Positions 45,251-51,380 of a DNA stretch of 51,380 bases are shown in pieces. The DNA is taken from positions 1 through 51,380 of the forward strand of contig NKIB01013792.1 of the NCBI GenBank assembly GCA_002256025.1, written 5' to 3'. The stretch's first letter is position 1, and each line of letters begins with the position of its first letter. The position numbers and the translations under genes were made by a program. The notes beneath the pieces were generated by a model, which saw only the letters and a list, made by a program, of their open reading frames with translations, did not search any database and had not been told where the DNA came from. This DNA comes from Asterionella formosa (lineage: Eukaryota).

Positions 45251-48100
45251 ATGAGAGAACCAGTAAGCGATGACCTGTCAATTTGGATTCCCAAAAACGA
45301 GGCAAGGTCGCCCTCATTAGTAATTTCAAGCTCGAGGGACAAATTGGTAATCTTGGCATCAATAAGGGACTTGTCCCGACCGATGAGAATGGAGTCATCA
45401 ACATACTTAAGGCATACCATATCTGCATGGATAAAAAAACAGGGGTCAAGCTCAGATTAGCGGAACCCGCGATGTTCAAGAAACTCTTTGAGTTTAAGAA
45501 ACCAGGCACTACGCGCGGCCTGTTTTGTACCATAGAGAGATTTATTCAGCTTCATGACCATGTCACGACCTTGAAGGTCACCGAAGTCTTTGGGCGTCTC
45601 AACATAGACTTCTTCTGTAATTTCGGCCTGACAAAATGCATTCGAAAAATCAATTTGTTGTGTCTCAAGGCCCAGAACCACGGACATGACCAAAAGCGCA
45701 CGGACAGTAGACCACTGGACCACAGGGGCATAGGTTTCAAAATAGTCAATACCTTCCTTCTGTAGATCCCCGCGTACACAAAACTGTGCTTTGCATTTGC
45801 GAAGACGACCATCTGGAAAGAGCTGGCACTTGAAGGCCCACGTGCCTGGTAGAACCTTATGGTTAATAACCGATGAACAGGCGGGCACAAGCGTCCAAGT
45901 ATCCTTTTTGGTTAAAGCAGTGACTTCAGTGACCATAGCTTCACGAAACAATTCGGAATCAGGCCCAGGCATAGCCTCGTGATAGCGAGGATTATCAGGG
46001 TCCATTTTACGTGCCATGGCGGCGTAGATAAGAGGATCAGAACACTCAAGAAGACCAGTGACAGGGTCGGTCATTACAGCACACATATAGGCCATTGCAG
46101 AATCAGACGCACTGACTTCAGAACATTCAACAAGACCAGCAAAGAATGCATTGGAAAGGTATCCTCCTGGTACAAAACGGTTGGGCCCGATTCCGCGTGT
46201 AGAACGAGTACTGCGGCGGGGAGAAGGGATGTTTGGAGGGAAAATTGCAATTTCAGGAGATGGAGGCTTTTCTGGTGGAAAAATAGGAATTGATGCTGGT
46301 GGTGGCGGCGTAGCTGGAATTATGATGGGAACAGGAGGAGGAACAAAAGGAAGAGAAACAAATTCGGACTCTCTCTGATTTGGTAGTTCATCGGGAGGTA
46401 GGTTCAAACAGACCCAGGGAAAGATCTTAGATTCTTTTAGTAGGAGCCGGCGACAGGAAATGTCATCTGGTTCTAGCCACTCATCAGCAAGTGTGAAGTT
46501 TGTGTCTTCGTCAAATTTGGTCTCAAACCGGGAATCGTGAAAGATAGTTTCCCAATTTTCCGGAGGGTCGTTGGATATATTTAGCAAGGAAACGGTCGAG
46601 AAAAGATCATCAAAGGCGACGTGAAATTGCGGAGAAATATGTCCTGTTGTCAGATTAAGTACTAAGGGAACATGAACATGGGAGATGCCAACAAAGATGG
46701 CGCGGTGGGAGCGAGGTTGCCAGCATGGAAGCTTTTGTCCATTTTGTAATTTAGGGTCAAGGACATAACAAAGACAACCCCAAACATGTAAGTCCTTCAA
46801 TCCATGACATGGAAGGATGGATTTCGTAAATAAGCCCATGGGATATTTTCCAGTCTTGGAACTGGGCACATGGTTGTACAAATATACTGCATACTCCACC
46901 ACCATAGGCCAGAGAGCAGGGTCAGCTGTAGAAGGCCAACGAATGGAACGATGTAGCATCATGACACAGACCAGGTTGGAAACAGTGCGAATACTGCGTT
47001 CTGCAACACCATTTCGATGGTGAGCTCCAACACAAAAAAATTTTACAATTTGCATTTTAGTTTGAATGACATCGACAAATTCACTGGCTCCAAAGCTGCC
47101 ATTCTCAGTAGTATATTTACCAATCAAAACTCCAGAATTATAGCTCCAATTTTCAAAAGCCATTTTAGCTTGCAGAGTTTCTAGGACAGTGAATCCAACT
47201 TGATGCTGAATGAAAAGTAGGCCAGATGAGTGATCAGTAAATATGCATCCCCCTTTGTACACATCGGTTGGTGAAGTCTTTCCTCTAGAAGTGTAAAGAC
47301 GACCAGGGACCTTCGAAACAAAATGGTCAACAGAAACACCAGAGCCGGGAAAAAGGTCATTTGCTTTCACTCCCCCTTCTTTTTTCGGTGTCGGGGTGGA
47401 TGTGGATGCCTGTAAGGGTTTACGGTGCGCCTTCCCGTATTCACAGGCAGCGCATTTTGGAGGACTGCAGCGCGAAGCCGCTCGAATTTTCTGGGATGTA
47501 CCAAATGATGGCTGACGTAGAAGAAATTGAATGGTGTCTGAGCAGAGGTGGCCAAGACGGAAATGCGAGTGAAGATATTCCTTTTGTGCCTCAGTAAGTT
47601 TTGGTTTGTTGTTTCCTCTGTGACACATAAATTAAGGGAGGCTTCTTTGTCGCACACAGATGAAGCACGAATGCCATGACTGGTAGGAAGAGAGTTTACG
47701 GGATCATAGGGAATAGTCCAAGGTGGGTGATCCATCAATTACAAGGCTTGCGCAATCAGCGGTTACCTCGGAAATTCCCACATGGCCATTTTCTTTGTCG
47801 AAGATATGTTGCGGAGATAAATGGCGTTGTTTGCATTGAGGTACATACTATGCAGTAAGATGAAGTGTCAAGAGGCGACCAGAGTCAGAAAGGACAGTCC
47901 GCTGCACAGTGCCGGTGCCAGCAATTGTGAGACCAAAAGCAATGCCCCCAAGATGAAGGGGAATGGAGGGTTGAAGAATGGGACCGACAAAATCGGTGGA
48001 ATAGGCAGAAACAGGACGTGAGGCACCAGTGTCTAAAATGACGGTGAAATTTTGTTCAAGGCCACCAAACAAGGAGATGGGGTCCATTTCAATGGGACGA
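45250..48100 (-). pseudogene. copia pol (protease, integrase, partial reverse transcriptase), disrupted
   Basis: Protease ILDTGAS. Integrase HFRLGH...CAACEYGK, VSVDHF and NGVAERSIRTV. RT LPGTWAFK..DGRLRKCKAQFCVRGD, DFSNAF, LNKSLYG.KQA and YVDD. In-frame TAA at 45457-9 and frameshifts (e.g. ~47610). Confidence 0.92.
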
Positions 48101-48635
48101 AAGAAGGATGAAGGAAAAGTTTTGGATGTGGGAAGAATTTTGATGGCTGGAGTGGAGATGGAGTCAAGAATGACAGAAAGAGGTGAAAATTCAAGAAAAG
48201 AATCTTGGAAGATGGTGTAGTAGGCAAAGAGTGATGGAGCCATGATGGGAGGAGTAGAATGTAGAATACTATGTGTACCAGTGGGGAGAAATTTGCATGA
48301 GGAAGACAGAAAAGTAGTAGAATAAGGGATGGTAGAAGGAGAAAAAGAAATCCCAGGTGACCCAGGCGAAGGATCAGGAGGCTTAGGAGGAAAGAAAAAA
48401 GAAATAAGGGAGCAATATCCGACAAGAATGGAGAACAAGGACCATGCGAGGTGACCATGTTATCATATCCGCCACCAAGAAACATTGCAATAAACCACAT
48501 GTAAATCATGATCCCACCAAAAATCAACCATATTGTCGGATAGCCCTGTAATTTAATGTCGGTGACACGCCGACAACCAAAGATATCAAACATGGGGAAA
48601 ATACCAACAGAGACACATCGCTGTTGGTAAGTCAG

Positions 48636-50443
48636 TCAAAAGAAGCAAGGACCACCAACCTTCGGAGAACAATCAGACGGATTCATAGGACTGGTAGCAA
48701 AAGGTGTAGTAGGGTTCAATGATAAGTGAATGGACAAAGTCAAAGGAACAAGAAAGTGTAAGTCAGTGAGATGATGATCGGAAGGCGACATATTAATGGT
48801 GGTAGAGTTGGAAAGGTCTGGCAAAGTACCACCAGTCCAACAGAGGGCATCTGCATGAGTGTTATGCCCAGCAAGGGGCGATATAAAATCATTATTAACT
48901 ATCAAAGACAAAATATTATCGACCGAGCAAGTGACATGAGAGTCATCACAAGTAGCAATAAATCCAAAACTTATAAATTGAGGAACAAGAGAATTGTGAT
49001 CATTATGAGAGACAGTTTCGCAAGCCAACTTCGCTGTAGGACTCTTAGTGTCCTCAGTGAAATTCACCATTGGTGAAATGGTAACAGCGTTGGTATCACG
49101 AGCAATGTGAATAGCATCTGTATGCGTTTTAACCCAACGTTTGCACTTGGTACAGCAGTAAACATTTGTACCATGGCGGAAGATCGTTGTTGGAGCACCA
49201 GCAGGTGGAGGAAGGCGCGTCCACTTAGTAGGACTTGGACAATTGTTTCTCATGTGCCCTCTCTTTCCAAAAGGATATCAGATGCTAAGAGAAAGTTTCA
49301 AGGTGACAGAATCATCAGGGACTGCAGTGCCAGGTTTGATTTAGTTGCGGAGGGACTTCAACTCTGCAACAATGGCTTGATATGCAGCATTGGAAGAAGC
49401 CTGGAAAGTGGCGGGTAGGGAGTCTGGCTGAGACTTGGGAAGATTTAAGCCAGCAATCCAGCGACCATTGTCAAGTAGACGCTTGTAGTTGCGGAGAGCG
49501 ATGTTACACAATGTAATTACACCAAGATCTGTTGATTGGAAGCAAAGCATTGCAGCATTCTTGTCTTTTCCAATGATGCGTTTTTCTTGGATGTCAATTT
49601 CTCCAGAGAGAACCTGAAATGCACTACGAAAACCTTCAGTGCTCCGAGATAGAAACTTGTTGACAAGAATAGTACAAGCAGTTTGATGAATGGAACCACC
49701 ACCAGCCATTAGATTTTAGGTAGCTTGCACATCCTCAATGAGGAGACGAACATTTCCCCCTGGAAAATCCGACAATTTGAGGTTCTGAAACTTGGAGTGA
49801 ATATCGACCATGACTTGAGCAGATCCAGAAGTAACATCATCAACCAGAGCAAAAAATAACAATAAACCAGGACCTCGATTTCCATATGATGCAAGAAGTG
49901 CCCGAAGTCCAAATAGAATTGTTTCATCAACATGGGACACAATTATATTCCACAAATGTGAAGAGTCTTCATGAGCTTGTTCATCGAAAACTTGATCACG
50001 AGAAAGGGCAGAGGCAGGAGTCTCAACGCCTAATGCATCAAGAATAGGAGCAGGTTCTGGCGCAAGGCAGTGATCAATGTAAGCCTTCGCTTCAGCAAAT
50101 AAGATGCGTGTGTAGTTTGTACTCATGTTCCACACATTTCCTTCATAGTCTGGAGCATGAAAGAAAGTGTCAACTCCACAGTTTTGAGCAGCAAGGAGAA
50201 GAGCTTGACAGAGTCCACTGAGAGTGTAGTCCTTGAGGGGATCATTAGCATTGGGTCCCCGGTAGAGCCATTTAGGTTCTTTATTGCAGTATTCAAACAG
50301 ACTGCGTCGTTCCGTAGCATCACCAAGCCGAGCTTGATAAGGTGACCATTGAGGCCGGTGGGTGACAGAAAAGTCATTGTCAAGGGTTCCACCAGAGTAA
50401 CCAGAACCTAGGCGATCAAAACATGTCCGAGCTTGGTAGCCAT
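48636..50443 (-). pseudogene. copia gag, frameshifted
   Basis: Fragmented ORFs from ATG 50443. LKLSDFPGGNV motif, CoDi-type knuckle PPP.G.......YCCTKCKRWVKTH...H and terminal PKVGG. Confidence 0.75.
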
Positions 50444-50454
50444 TGTAAAAGAAA

Positions 50455-50690
50455 AGAAAGAAGGAAGTATTCAGAAGGAAAGAAAGAAAGTTCTATTAGA
50501 AGAAGATTACCAATGGAAGTAAAGTAATTGAAAGAAGGAAGTATTCAGAAAGAATGGAAGAGCCAGTCGAGGAAGACCACGAATGGAAGTAAAGTAAATG
50601 AGGGAAGGAAGCAATTAGAAAGAAAGGAAGGGCTAGTCAAAGAAGACTACCGATAAAATTAAAATTAAACAGAAGGAGAAGAATAAAAGA
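50455..50690. repeat. ~70-bp purine-rich tandem repeat (x3) in the copia 5' UTR
   Basis: GAAGGAAGTATTCAGAA...GAAGA..AC.AATGGAAGTAAAGTAA repeated three times with divergence. Confidence 0.75.
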
Positions 50691-50710
50691 AATATGATGT
50701 TGGAAGGTTT

Positions 50711-50724
50711 GGGCTCAATAACCA
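50711..50724 (-). promoter_or_regulatory. Primer-binding site (internal tRNA-Met half-molecule type)
   Basis: The minus strand reads ...TTTCA-AG-TGGTTATTGAGCCC, similar to the GGTTATGGGCCC PBS of Drosophila copia, immediately after a CA LTR end. Confidence 0.65.
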
Positions 50725-50726
50725 CT

Positions 50727-51230
50727 TGAAAGTGTTATAGAAACTGTAGATAATTGAAGAATAGTAACTTAAATGAAGGCTGATAGACTCTATGTTTCGG
50801 AATAAGGTGAGCTAAATGTTAAATGATAACGATGGACATGACTGTTGTGGGACCGGAACTTGTTAATAGTGGAGTAACCACGATGGACAGGACTGTTGTG
50901 GGACAAGAAAATAGACAACAGTCCTAGCAGGACTGTTAAGAGACAGAAAGTTAGTAGTAGTGGTGGAGTATCCATGATGGGCAGAGAGGTATAAGTTGGT
51001 ATTTAACTCCCTTGATCCTATATGCATGATGCTTTTTGTTCGCGGACGTCAATAGCTCGTTTCTCTTGTTGGGGAGCATGGATGTGGAACATAACAAAAT
51101 TGGTAAGTGCTCTTGTTGTGGTCAGACCTATTCACATTCACTTCTGATGGAACATAACTGACGGACACGCCACATTTACCTTCTCTCACAGTTAAGCTAA
51201 CGAAACTGAATTGGTAAATTTTATTCGACA
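50727..51230 (-). repeat. Putative 5' LTR of the copia element (outer boundary uncertain)
   Basis: The inner end is fixed by the PBS. The outer end is guessed at TGTCGAATAA (51230). Internal direct repeat CGATGGACA.GACTGTTGTGGGAC at 50830 and 50881. There is no partner LTR in the window. Confidence 0.45.
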
Positions 51231-51380
51231 TCATTGGAAACCCGAAACTAACGTATTCAAGAATTTACTGACAATTTACTATAACATACTTATGCATCAG
51301 TTGCTTTGATTTGTGATACGTGAAACAAGCAAGAGGATACGATGAAATGGCGTGATTTTGTGTCATTGTAACATGTCTAA

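Larger units (their letters stand above)
45250..51230 (-). mobile_element. Decayed, 3'-truncated Ty1/copia (CoDi-like) LTR retrotransposon
   Basis: Domain order is gag-PR-IN-RT on the minus strand, with a PBS and a putative 5' LTR at the right. RNase H, PPT and 3' LTR were not found. Confidence 0.92.

Noticed and set aside
29311..51380. Fanzor/TnpB, viral or other RNA-guided or defence system
   Set aside because: I found no RuvC, zinc-ribbon, capsid or polymerase motifs in any frame I could read. The region is explained by MITEs, TE remnants and host genes.

Overview
Eukaryotic nuclear DNA, most likely a diatom. The evidence is short spliceosomal introns, a frustulin-like gene, a bipartite plastid-targeting presequence and a CoDi-type Ty1/copia element. 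Bases 1-29.3 kb are gene-dense: prolyl 4-hydroxylase, RPA1, a ricin/frustulin-like secreted protein, an F-box protein, a cyclophilin-like membrane protein, a SAM protein, an NPY-repeat protein, a CENP-L-like protein, C2CD5, MAM33, a CPBP protease and a transglutaminase-like protein. Bases 29.3-51.4 kb are repeat-rich. They contain two copies of a MITE with CWG target-site duplications, a deleted PIF/Harbinger-family element, a (GATTA)25 microsatellite, two tandem PI-PLC-like genes (one with a GC-AG intron), tRNA-Glu, a TA-flanked MITE, a tRNA-like/structured segment, a probable LINE 3' fragment and a decayed copia element. The most unusual signal is the abundance of TA-CCGG-TA/TA-CCAG-TA/TA-CTGG-TA words in intergenic DNA, which look like accumulated DNA-transposon excision footprints. 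All calls come from manual reading; no database searches were run.
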